Source: a virus (taxonomy: Duplodnaviria; Caudoviricetes). From it: a DNA stretch of 62,907 bases. The notes beneath the pieces were generated by a model. That model ran no database searches and had not been told where the DNA came from. It was given only the letters and a program-made list of their open reading frames with translations. This document shows, in pieces, positions 1 to 8,567 of the stretch. A program made the translations under genes and the position numbers. Each line of letters begins with the position of its first letter. The stretch's first letter is position 1. The stretch lies in the IMG/VR virus record IMGVR_UViG_3300044638_001368, positions 1-62,907 of that record. The stretch is one strand, 5' to 3'.

Positions 1-71
1 CCACGATGATCGGGATTACCGCTTTGAGTACGTCTGCCCAACCCATGGTTCACCTACTTCTTGTTCAAGGC
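1..71. repeat. 71-bp direct terminal overlap (copy 1), identical to 62837-62907; most likely circular assembly overlap
   Basis: First 71 nt (ccacgatgat...gttcaaggc) are identical to the last 71 nt; the genes at both ends read continuously across the join. Confidence 0.95.
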
Positions 72-464
72 TTCAGCGATAGACGGCACGATTTTTTCGG
101 CGCTGCGCCCAATCACATACCCGCCCAAGCCAAGCTGCACGATGTCCCATAGCTTGAGATACTCAGCCTCCTGAAGGTTGGGCGCAGCAAAGCCAAACCA
201 CCGGGCTGTAATAAGGCCCACGAAAATCAGCATAGTAATAGGACGCCAGCTAGAAGCGAGAAACCCGCCAGCCGCTTCCGTCTTGATGATGTCCGCAGCG
301 CCCTTGGCAAGCTCCGTCTGGGCCGCAAGAACGGCCAAATCACCGTTTTGGTAGAGCTTCATAAGCTCCAGTTTGGCAGCATCTTTCTGGGCCGGATCAG
401 GCCACACACGGTCAATAACTTTGCCACCAATATCAAGAGCGGCTGAGACAGGATCAAAGGCCAT
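54..464 (-). CDS. Holin, 3TM GTA-type holin family
   Basis: SWRP motif followed by two hydrophobic helices and GLGGYVIGRSAEK; N-terminal IDRVWPDP. Confidence 0.75.
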   Translation of the reverse strand: MAFDPVSAALDIGGKVIDRVWPDPAQKDAAKLELMKLYQNGDLAVLAAQTELAKGAADIIKTEAAGGFLASSWRPITMLIFVGLITARWFGFAAPNLQEAEYLKLWDIVQLGLGGYVIGRSAEKIVPSIAEALNKK

Positions 465-473
465 CTAAATCTC

Positions 474-1193
474 CTATGTGTAAGTGAACGCCACAGAACC
501 AGCCGCGCCGTCGCTACCCGGAACACCAGACCCAACGCCGCCCACACCGCCAACACTGAAGCTAGCGCCACCCTGACCACCAATGTTGTTGCCGCCGTAA
601 TCACCGGCACTGCCAGAACTGTTAGAAACATTGCCGTTAGAAGCCGAGCCACCAGCACCACCAGCAGCAGACGGATAGCCGTTATCACCTGCGTTACCAC
701 CACCAGCAGTCATTGTGGTGATAAGACCGCCGCTAACAGAGGACGCACCGCCGTTGGCAGACGTACTCCAAGACCCGGCAGCGCCAACAGAGTAGCTAAG
801 GCTTTGACCGCCGCCACTGGCGGCAACACTAGTTATGGACTTAGAACCGCCACCACCACCACCGCCGCCGTAATCTATGTCGGAATCGCGCGTACCAAAG
901 CCACCAGCACCAGCACCGCCAATAACCTCAATAACAAGGGTAGTCGTACCCGTAGGCACAGTGAAGCTGCCCGAACCGCTTGTGAAGGTTGTCGTACCGG
1001 GTACAAACGGTGCTGTAGCCGAAGTACCAGCTAGCTTGGAAAGAGGTATTGGCAGGCTACTTGGCACGGCCCCATTAACGCCGGTTGTTCCGGGCGCAAC
1101 GTAAGCACCACCAGCCAGATAAGAACTAAGCGAGCCGGGACCGCCGAATATAGTTACAACACTTGTGAGTTGTGCCGGGTTTGTAACAGGCAT
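474..1193 (-). CDS. Glycine-rich tail fibre tip/adhesin (T-even gp38-like arrangement)
   Basis: Poly-Gly tracts and FTVPTG...IEVIGGAG strand; lies directly downstream of a chaperone-bearing fibre gene. Confidence 0.6.
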   Translation of the reverse strand: MPVTNPAQLTSVVTIFGGPGSLSSYLAGGAYVAPGTTGVNGAVPSSLPIPLSKLAGTSATAPFVPGTTTFTSGSGSFTVPTGTTTLVIEVIGGAGAGGFGTRDSDIDYGGGGGGGGSKSITSVAASGGGQSLSYSVGAAGSWSTSANGGASSVSGGLITTMTAGGGNAGDNGYPSAAGGAGGSASNGNVSNSSGSAGDYGGNNIGGQGGASFSVGGVGGVGSGVPGSDGAAGSVAFTYT

Positions 1194-1195
1194 GT

Positions 1196-2368
1196 CTAAC
1201 CCTTCAGCGCCTTAACTTCGGCCCGCAGTTCCTTGATTGCCTCAACCAGCAGTGGGATGACACGGTCATAGGCGACGACCAGATACTCAGGATCAACCGA
1301 CCACCGGCTAACAGCTTCCGGCAAGACATCCTGTAGGTCTTGGGCAGACAAGCCAACCTGCTGCTCTTCTTTGACCTGACCCAGCGAACGGGCTTTGTCG
1401 TTGTTGCGATAGTAGAACCCGTTCAGGGCGTCTACCTTGTCCAGCGCATCAACAATCGGGCCGTAAACGTCCTTCAGCCGCATGTCCGAGGTGGCTGTGA
1501 AATCTACGGCGGTATAGGAATTGCTAGCGTTCAAGGCGTTGGCTGTAGTAGCGGTGGTGGCCGTGGTGGCTGTAGTAGCCGTCGTAGCCGTAGTGGCTGT
1601 GGTAGCCGTAGTGGCCGTAGTAGCCGTAGTAGCCGTCGTAGCCGTCGCGGCATTACCCAAGATGCTGATATTCCAACTTGCCCCAGAAGCACCCGTACCG
1701 TCAGCCGCAGGGACACCAAGGGTAGTCCTAGCGTCAGCCGCAGTTGTAGAAGCCGTGCCGCCGTTGGCAATTGGGAGTGTACCAGAGACGCTAGTGGTAA
1801 GAGAGACACCCGTACAGTTAGTCAGGTTACCGGAAGTGGGGGTGCCGAGGATCGGGGTAACCAGCGTCGGGCTGGTGGACAGGACCACGTTGCCCGATCC
1901 AGTAGAAGTCGTAACGCCAGTACCGCCGCTAGTCACCGGAAGGGGCGCAGCAAGTGTCAACGAAGTCAGGTGGGTGACAGCGTTTGTAACATTCGTGCCG
2001 TCATTGTAGACCCACATGGTCTTACCGGCGGGGACCGCAGTGCCTGTGCCCGAGTTGTTCTTGACCGTGATGGCGTCGGCGCAACCGTTGTTGATGAGGT
2101 AGACCTTCTCAACGGCGGGAACTATCAAGTTCTGTGCGCCGCCCGAAGTGCCAACCAAATTAAGGCGTAGGTGACGCGCCGTCTGGCTTGCGTTGGTATC
2201 GGTTAAGGACAGGGTGACTGTAGCGCTAGCAAAGGTCACATCCGCCGACCCGACTACCATCTCTTCGATAGCTGTGCCTAGGTTGACGTTGGTCACGTTG
2301 CCCCACGTGGTGATGTTCTCACCCGTAGCCATCAACTGAATTTTTAAGGGACTGTAAGTACTAGCCAT
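1196..2368 (-). CDS. Tail fibre protein with C-terminal intramolecular chaperone (peptidase S74-like)
   Basis: LPVTSGGTG and LPIANGGT fibre motifs; C-terminal SDMRLK...GLSAQDLQDVLPEAV...LLVEAIKEL; internal (ATT)x11. Confidence 0.85.
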   Translation of the reverse strand: MASTYSPLKIQLMATGENITTWGNVTNVNLGTAIEEMVVGSADVTFASATVTLSLTDTNASQTARHLRLNLVGTSGGAQNLIVPAVEKVYLINNGCADAITVKNNSGTGTAVPAGKTMWVYNDGTNVTNAVTHLTSLTLAAPLPVTSGGTGVTTSTGSGNVVLSTSPTLVTPILGTPTSGNLTNCTGVSLTTSVSGTLPIANGGTASTTAADARTTLGVPAADGTGASGASWNISILGNAATATTATTATTATTATTATTATTATTATTATTATTANALNASNSYTAVDFTATSDMRLKDVYGPIVDALDKVDALNGFYYRNNDKARSLGQVKEEQQVGLSAQDLQDVLPEAVSRWSVDPEYLVVAYDRVIPLLVEAIKELRAEVKALKG

Positions 2369-2377
2369 TTTCGGTCC

Positions 2378-3271
2378 TTACGTGGGGATTTCTACCCAGT
2401 TTGGTGTCTGGTTATCATTGATTATACCCCAAACAAGCACGCTAGCGATAGAACCGGTAGCCTGAACACCAGTTGGGAAGACGTTGGCCGTACCTGTAAC
2501 CGTTACTGTGCCTACCGATCCAGTGGCCGAGACCCCGGTGACTGCAACGTTCTGGCGTACACTAATCGCAACAGTACCAACATCCCCAGTGGCCGAGACC
2601 CCGGTGGGGGAGGCGCTAGCCCCGGCTGCAACGTCAACAGTCCCGACAAACCCCGTAGCAAAAACACCCGATACGTTAAAGTTTGCAGCGGCAGATATGG
2701 TTGCCGTACCTACAGACCCAGTGCCTGAGACCCCGGTGACGTTGACTCGTATCCCAAAAACAACAGTAACCGTGCCTACTGAACCAGTGGCATCGACCCC
2801 GGTGACGTTGGCATTAGCAGCGGCGGCGGGGGTAACTGTGCCTACCGAACCAGTGGCTTCCACCCCAGTGACGTTGGTATTAGCGGCAGCGGCGGGGGTA
2901 ACTGTGCCTACAGACCCAGTGGCCTCGACCCCAGTGACAACGGCGTTAGTGACCGCCTGAACGGTAACTGTGCCTACAGACCCAGTGGCATCAACCCCAG
3001 TGACGTTGGTATTAGCGGCAGCGGCGGGGGTAACTGTGCCTACCGAACCAATGGCTTCGACACCAATTAATGTAACATTTCCAATAGCTTGGACGGTAAC
3101 TGTACCTATGGAACCGGTGGCCTCGACCCCGGTGACATTAACCTGCTCGTTCTCAAATACCGTTACAGTGCCAATAGACCCAGTGGCATCGACTCCAGAT
3201 ACAACTACTGAAGCAGCGCCAGAGCCAGAACCTGCGAAGGTATCCGCCGCAAAGGGGAAAAAACCAAACAT
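2378..3271 (-). CDS. Virion structural repeat protein with 12 x 22-aa VTGVxATGSVGTVT repeats
   Basis: Regular 22-aa repeat in the translation; located in the tail gene cluster. Confidence 0.65.
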   Translation of the reverse strand: MFGFFPFAADTFAGSGSGAASVVVSGVDATGSIGTVTVFENEQVNVTGVEATGSIGTVTVQAIGNVTLIGVEAIGSVGTVTPAAAANTNVTGVDATGSVGTVTVQAVTNAVVTGVEATGSVGTVTPAAAANTNVTGVEATGSVGTVTPAAAANANVTGVDATGSVGTVTVVFGIRVNVTGVSGTGSVGTATISAAANFNVSGVFATGFVGTVDVAAGASASPTGVSATGDVGTVAISVRQNVAVTGVSATGSVGTVTVTGTANVFPTGVQATGSIASVLVWGIINDNQTPNWVEIPT

Positions 3272-3286
3272 TTTAGTCCCCTCTGG

Positions 3287-3748
3287 TTAGGTGTTCAGAC
3301 CCGGGGTGTATACCATTTTCCCGCTAGAAACAGTAGCGGTTAGTGCTACTTTGCGGTTACCATAGACTTTGTAGCTGACGTGGACCCACCCGCTGTTGGG
3401 CTGACCCTTGCGGTAGCACTCTAGGATGACCTGATCGAAGTCTAGGTTGTCGGCAATCCAAGTAGCCAAGTCCCCATTAGCTACCCCGGGCACCTCGATA
3501 TCTGCCGCCTGACCCATGCAGTGCTGGGAAGTAACTGCACCCCCAACTGCCTTGTTCAGCGCCGGTCCCCGGTAGCCTGAGTTGATATGGACTGGCCCGT
3601 AGTGGGCCCGGATGGGCTCTAGTACCCGTTCACATAGCTCTTTGAGACAGTCCAGCTCGGCTGCACCGGGCACGTTGTCAATACCCCGCCGTTCCCCGGT
3701 TTGAGACTTGGTAAGCTCCTCAAGGGTGAAGTGCTGGGTTAACTGCAT
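3287..3748 (-). CDS. Endolysin, peptidase M15A family
   Basis: NSGYR...SQH...AADI...WVHVS zinc peptidase motifs. Confidence 0.9.
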   Translation of the reverse strand: MQLTQHFTLEELTKSQTGERRGIDNVPGAAELDCLKELCERVLEPIRAHYGPVHINSGYRGPALNKAVGGAVTSQHCMGQAADIEVPGVANGDLATWIADNLDFDQVILECYRKGQPNSGWVHVSYKVYGNRKVALTATVSSGKMVYTPGLNT

Positions 3749-3750
3749 GG

Positions 3751-3978
3751 CTATGGCTGTTCAACTGTCCCAGTGGAGGTTTCTCTGTCTATTTTTAGTA
3801 CGCCTTCGCAGCATATGCTCCAATCTTCGCCTGTTTTTTGCCCACGGCTTGGAACATTGATGCAAATGTTTTTGAACAGGTATTCTTTTTCGTCTTCAAA
3901 TACACGCCAGACATGATCCATCGTCCCACGGTTTACCTGACCACGGGCCTTGTTAAACCGTATCTGGAACTGAGCCAT
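3751..3978 (-). CDS. Hypothetical protein
   Basis: Tightly packed in the operon; start overlaps the upstream stop. Confidence 0.6.
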   Translation of the reverse strand: MAQFQIRFNKARGQVNRGTMDHVWRVFEDEKEYLFKNICINVPSRGQKTGEDWSICCEGVLKIDRETSTGTVEQP

Positions 3979-4616
3979 TAGACAACCTCTGCCGTTGGCG
4001 GGTGACAGACTTGGGAAACCACCGGCCTAGTGTCGATGTTCATGTGCAAGAACGTGAAGGGCTTGCTGGAGGTATTTCGGGTAAAACTGTGCGGTAGCCA
4101 CGAATTAGCAAACATCAGAGTTCCCGGCTTTGGCGTAAAGTTAATTGCACTGGATGCTGGTGAAACTACATTTACATCAGCCTCGCGCAGAGGAGACATA
4201 ACCTTACCGGGCCTTGGGTCATGGATCACCAAGCGCGGCGGGTCTTTCGGACATTCCAAAAAGTAGAATGCAACCAGCTTGCAGTCACCGTGGAGGTGGT
4301 ATTCCATAGACGAGTATTTATCGTGCTGTTGGCACCAGAACTCGGTAAAATACGTCTCCAGCCCCTCCATCACATAGCCTTGGTCCTTGAGCAGGTTCCA
4401 GCCGGTGTTGATGGTATAGTCCCAGAACGGGGTTATGCGCGGCTCATTATCGAACCCAGCCATTGTGACCGGGTAGATTTCATCCAGTTTCACTTCTTTA
4501 CGGACCTTCCGCAGGCTGTCCTTGCTGGCGGCGAGAACGTCGCTCAGGAACTCGGGCTTTTCTATGCTGTATACCGGCGACGAAAAATACTGCCACTGGT
4601 CTAGTGTGTCTGCCAT
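3978..4616 (-). CDS. Putative 2OG-Fe(II) oxygenase (TIGR02466-like)
   Basis: YHLH...FYFLECP...IHDPRP...PKPGTLMFANSWLPH double-stranded beta-helix motifs. Confidence 0.75.
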   Translation of the reverse strand: MADTLDQWQYFSSPVYSIEKPEFLSDVLAASKDSLRKVRKEVKLDEIYPVTMAGFDNEPRITPFWDYTINTGWNLLKDQGYVMEGLETYFTEFWCQQHDKYSSMEYHLHGDCKLVAFYFLECPKDPPRLVIHDPRPGKVMSPLREADVNVVSPASSAINFTPKPGTLMFANSWLPHSFTRNTSSKPFTFLHMNIDTRPVVSQVCHPPTAEVV

Positions 4617-4621
4617 GTCGA

Positions 4622-5218
4622 TTACCTAAACTGCGGGCCGGTAGTCCACACGACGATGGACTTGCGTATACCCTTGGTGACTGGGGTAACCCTGTGAAGC
4701 CTGTAGGCTGGAAAAGCCACGACCAAGCCGCGCTCTCTATTAGCAACCGTAACGTCTTTTCCGTTCATAAATTCTAATTTCCCACCCTCATATTCGCCGG
4801 GGTCGGAAAGTTGCAGTGACAGGCTTAGTTTGCGCGGACAGGTATTATCCCCGCCAGCGTCGATGTGCCAGTCATAGTGGTCGCCGCCACTGCCGTAGAC
4901 CGTGTACTGCATATCCTCCACGAACCCGTACAGATCAAAGCGGTAAAAGATTGAATTGATCTTACGGGCTATGAAGGCCATTTTATCGTAGAACCAAGCC
5001 GTATCGTTGTTGTTAGTGATCCAGCCAGTGCGCGATTGACGCCACTCAGGGGCAGTCCCGCCACCACTTATTATGGACCCAGATAGAGGTAGGTTCTGGT
5101 CACAATACGCCGAAATCCTGTCCAACTCTTCCTTAGAAAAACCGTTCTCCCAAGTGGCAAACACGTTGTTCTCAGCTTCAGTTGGCGGCGGCGGCGCAAA
5201 CACATAGTTCGACATCAC
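4622..5218 (-). CDS. 2OG-Fe(II) oxygenase, prolyl-4-hydroxylase/PKHD-like
   Basis: YDWHID (HxD), RKLSLSLQL, YEGGKL, FPAYRLHRVTPVTKGIRKS (distal H and R). Confidence 0.88.
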   Translation of the reverse strand: MMSNYVFAPPPPTEAENNVFATWENGFSKEELDRISAYCDQNLPLSGSIISGGGTAPEWRQSRTGWITNNNDTAWFYDKMAFIARKINSIFYRFDLYGFVEDMQYTVYGSGGDHYDWHIDAGGDNTCPRKLSLSLQLSDPGEYEGGKLEFMNGKDVTVANRERGLVVAFPAYRLHRVTPVTKGIRKSIVVWTTGPQFR

Positions 5219-5934
5219 AGTTTCCTATGGATGTGGTTGCGGTACACGGACTGGTTGACGAGCGTCTTCATCTTACGCATCCAGCCAGTGTTCTTCTTGT
5301 CCTCTTCTGAAACCGGACGGCACCTATGGGTCGAAAGCAGACTGTCTTTTCGGATCGGTATTACCTGCATCAAGGGCGTCCCGGCTTCTACGACACCCCG
5401 AAAATCATTCTTCGTAAATATGAAAGGAAAGTTTACATACTCGTACTGAAAGTACGGGTGATCCACAATGCCAGAGTAACAGACAAATCGGTCCTCGACC
5501 CGGTTGAGTGGCGGCAGGAATAGCAGCGAGTATTCCGGCGGCGTCTTAATCATCCACCAGTTGAGGAACTTCATGGGTGGGCGCGGGTCCGAAGGGTTCG
5601 GACATTTCTCGGAAGAGATTTGTTTAGGGTTGTGCGTTTCCACCATATTTTTGTGGAACATCCACTTAAAATCTACGCCTGATCCATCGCTGTTGGATAC
5701 AAACTCAACGTCAGCGGCCAGTGGTATAATGTAGCCAACGGAAAGCGCGTCGAGGAAGGGAGAGCATCTTTTTATGGTTGATGTTCCCAGACCCTGATTT
5801 CCCAGCTTCATAGGCAGAGCCTTGAACCAGTCGGGGATGTTCTTTTTGGAAGGGTAGGGTGTCGGGATTATACCATAGTCCTCTTCGGCGCAGAGGAACT
5901 CAATCTCGTCGTTCTTGAACGCGGTCCTAAACAT
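5215..5934 (-). CDS. Conserved phage protein (DUF6065-like beta-rich fold)
   Basis: IPDWFK...TIKRCSPFLDA...GTPLMQVIPIRK; start reassigned to ATG 5934 overlapping the upstream TGA. Confidence 0.6.
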   Translation of the reverse strand: MFRTAFKNDEIEFLCAEEDYGIIPTPYPSKKNIPDWFKALPMKLGNQGLGTSTIKRCSPFLDALSVGYIIPLAADVEFVSNSDGSGVDFKWMFHKNMVETHNPKQISSEKCPNPSDPRPPMKFLNWWMIKTPPEYSLLFLPPLNRVEDRFVCYSGIVDHPYFQYEYVNFPFIFTKNDFRGVVEAGTPLMQVIPIRKDSLLSTHRCRPVSEEDKKNTGWMRKMKTLVNQSVYRNHIHRKL

Positions 5935-6134
5935 CAGTTCTGTCCGTTGCCCCTCTTGTAGTAAATGCTCCCCCCTTTGACGGCGAGGATGCACCTAGAA
6001 ACCTCCCGCTCGCCCATGAGTATATGGTCGTCGTGAAGGTTTAATTTCTCGTTATTATTTATCCAGTTACGTTGGTACTGCGGTAATCCGTCGAACGCGG
6101 CCATGACGGCCCTGCGCCTGCTCTCGTCTACCAC
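5934..6134 (-). CDS. Hypothetical protein
   Basis: Fills the gap between overlapping neighbours in the operon. Confidence 0.55.
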   Translation of the reverse strand: MVDESRRRAVMAAFDGLPQYQRNWINNNEKLNLHDDHILMGEREVSRCILAVKGGSIYYKRGNGQN

Positions 6135-8125
6135 GTTACCGTAATTGTACCAGAACCACCACCCGATCCTACGGTGACGGAGATTTGTTGGAAGGGATAA
6201 ACCTGAGATGCGGTGGTGTTACTTGTGGGGGCTACAGAACCAGAATTGCCAGCGCCGCCTGAGTTAAAGGACCCTGCGTTACCAGAAGTTGCGCCTGTAC
6301 CCGCCGAGCCGGTAGTACCTGCATTACCGTTAGCCCCCGCATTGCCCGGTGTGCCTGCGCTGCCAGCAGTAGCGCCTGTACCATTCGCGCCGGTAGTACC
6401 TGCGTTACCGTTCGCTCCAGCGTTACCCGGAGAGCCTGCACTACCGCCAGTCGCACCGTTGCCGTTTGCGCCCGTAGTACCTGCGTTACCGTTTGCCCCA
6501 GCATTGCCCGGATTACCCGCGCCGCCGCCTGTCGCACCGCTACCACCGCCACCGGGATTACCCCCTGCGCCAGAACCACCAGCATTACCGGCACTGCCGC
6601 AAGCATAGCAACCACCGGCACCACCGCCGTTACCGGCACTTGTATTATTACCCGCTAATCCCGGATTGCCGCCACCGCCACCCTGTCCGCCAGCACCGCC
6701 GCCACCACCGCCACCACCGCCTGTGGAACCAGCATTGCCAGCCGCGCCCGGATTACCCGCACCGCCCGCGCCGCCGCCGTTACCGCCGTTACCATTACTA
6801 CCGGGGTTGCCCGAATTGCCTGTAGCGCCGGGATTGCCAGCATTACCCCTAGCCCCACCTGCGCCGCCATTACCATTGGTGCCGGGATTGCCCGAATTGC
6901 CTGTAGCGCCGGGATTGCCAGCATTACCCCTAGCCCCACCAGCCCCACCAGTACCGTTATTACCGGGATTGCCGGGGTTCCCGGTGCCGCCCGAATTACC
7001 AGCAGCGCCGCCCGTTCCATTGGCACCCGTTCCAGCAGTTCCGCCATTACCGCCAGCGCCGCCAGCAAAGCTCGCTATGTTACCAAAAGTTGTCGCGTTC
7101 CCCGTATTACCGGGATTGCCGACATTGCCGTTTGCAGCGCCCGTGCCTGCGTTACCATTTGCGCCAGCATTACCCGGACTACCAGCAGCGCCAGAAGTTG
7201 CGCCTGTACCATTCGCGCCGGTAGTACCCGCATTACCGTTGGCCCCGGCATTACCGGGGCTACCAGCCGCACCAGCATTTGCACCAGTGCCATTAGCGCC
7301 GGTATTACCGGCATTCCCGTTTGCTCCTGCGTTACCCGGAGAGCCCGCGCTACCGCCTGTCGCACCGCTACCACCGCCACCGGGATTACCCGGATTTCCG
7401 TTCGCGCCAGCATTACCCGGATTACCGCCGCTACCGCCTGACCCACCGCCACCGCCACCGCCGCCACCGCCGCCAATGTTGTAATTACAGCAACCTTGAG
7501 GAGAGCCAAGGCCACCACCGCCGCCCGTTCCACCAAAAGGACTACCACCGGGTCCGCCGGATCCACCCGCAGGAAACCCTGCATTCCCACCAGTACTTCC
7601 TCCCGGATTGCCAGCCGCGCCGCCACAGCCAAAATAAGAGCCGCCGCCGCCGCCGTTACCACCCGCGCCACCCGCACCGCCACTACCGCCATTACCGTTA
7701 TTACCGGGGTTGCCAGCGTTGCCCGACGCACCGGGGTTACCTGCATTGCCGCGTGCGCCACCAGCGCCACCGTTGCCATTAGTGCCGGGATTGCCCGAAT
7801 TACCTGTAGCGCCGGGATTACCTGCATTGCCGCGTGCGCCACCAGCGCCGCCATTACCATTGGTGCCGGGATTGCCAGCGTTTCCTGTCGCACCGGGGTT
7901 GCCTGCGCTCCCCCCTGCTCCACCAGCGCCACCATTGCCGTTATTGCCCGGATTACCCGGATTTCCAGCAGTACCGGGATTACCGGCACCGCCCGCATTA
8001 CCCGTTCCGCCTTTGCCAGACAAATTAACGCTGTAGACCCCAGTCGGAACCGTAAAGGTTCCCGACGTGTTGAAGGTCTGGCTGCTGGACCCGACGCTAG
8101 TCGAGCCGAGGTGGGGCAGAGGCAT
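6128..8125 (-). CDS. Gly-X-X repeat (polyglycine-II/collagen-like) fibre protein
   Basis: 665 aa dominated by GNA/GNP/GAT/GAN triplets in ~27-aa blocks; terminal beta-strands resemble those of 474-1193. Confidence 0.75.
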   Translation of the reverse strand: MPLPHLGSTSVGSSSQTFNTSGTFTVPTGVYSVNLSGKGGTGNAGGAGNPGTAGNPGNPGNNGNGGAGGAGGSAGNPGATGNAGNPGTNGNGGAGGARGNAGNPGATGNSGNPGTNGNGGAGGARGNAGNPGASGNAGNPGNNGNGGSGGAGGAGGNGGGGGSYFGCGGAAGNPGGSTGGNAGFPAGGSGGPGGSPFGGTGGGGGLGSPQGCCNYNIGGGGGGGGGGGSGGSGGNPGNAGANGNPGNPGGGGSGATGGSAGSPGNAGANGNAGNTGANGTGANAGAAGSPGNAGANGNAGTTGANGTGATSGAAGSPGNAGANGNAGTGAANGNVGNPGNTGNATTFGNIASFAGGAGGNGGTAGTGANGTGGAAGNSGGTGNPGNPGNNGTGGAGGARGNAGNPGATGNSGNPGTNGNGGAGGARGNAGNPGATGNSGNPGSNGNGGNGGGAGGAGNPGAAGNAGSTGGGGGGGGGAGGQGGGGGNPGLAGNNTSAGNGGGAGGCYACGSAGNAGGSGAGGNPGGGGSGATGGGAGNPGNAGANGNAGTTGANGNGATGGSAGSPGNAGANGNAGTTGANGTGATAGSAGTPGNAGANGNAGTTGSAGTGATSGNAGSFNSGGAGNSGSVAPTSNTTASQVYPFQQISVTVGSGGGSGTITVTW

Positions 8126-8127
8126 TG

Positions 8128-8553
8128 TTAAGCACCGCTCGTCGAGCCTGATGAACGCCCCATGGCGTAAAGTTCTGCAATGTTAGATGACAGTATGTTT
8201 TGCAGACCCATAATTACAGCCTTCGGCCACTGATCTAACGGCAGAACGTCATCGCATTTAGTGAAGATCAGGAATGGAAACTCGTTAAAAGTATGCAGAC
8301 CATCCTCAAAAACCCAATCATTTAGAGGGGGGAAAACTTCTGCGTGCTGCGCAGGATCAGCATAATTCAGCCAGTTATACTTGATCCCCAGACTATCTAG
8401 GTGCGCCTTGGCTTTGTAGCTGTCGCTCGTCTCGTCCTCAACCCACTTCAAGGTATCGTGTTCGACACCATCGGGGGTTGTCACCTTTGTCGGAACCTGA
8501 ACATAGGTCACGGCGGTGTTGAGATAGATAGCGTCTATTTTGGTAAATGCCAT
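8128..8553 (-). CDS. Hypothetical protein, possibly a glutaredoxin-like fold without CxxC
   Basis: SYKAKAHLDSLGIKYNWLNY...FPFLIF resembles the Grx helix/strand/cis-Pro pattern. Confidence 0.45.
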   Translation of the reverse strand: MAFTKIDAIYLNTAVTYVQVPTKVTTPDGVEHDTLKWVEDETSDSYKAKAHLDSLGIKYNWLNYADPAQHAEVFPPLNDWVFEDGLHTFNEFPFLIFTKCDDVLPLDQWPKAVIMGLQNILSSNIAELYAMGRSSGSTSGA

Positions 8554-8567
8554 GACGGCCCCCTTCC

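Noticed and set aside
1-71. Terminal repeat as a biological direct terminal repeat
   Set aside because: It cuts through coding genes of the lysis region and has a k-mer-like length; better explained as circular assembly overlap
6128-8125. Canonical collagen triple helix
   Set aside because: The Gly-X-Y register is broken every few triplets by GxG/GG and poly-Gly runs; a polyglycine-II bundle fits better
6213-8131. Many Pro-rich plus-strand and alternative-frame ORFs
   Set aside because: Antisense or frame shadows of the Gly-X-X gene; the same applies to the VAVV ORF at 1521-2009 and the PVT ORFs at 2484-3290
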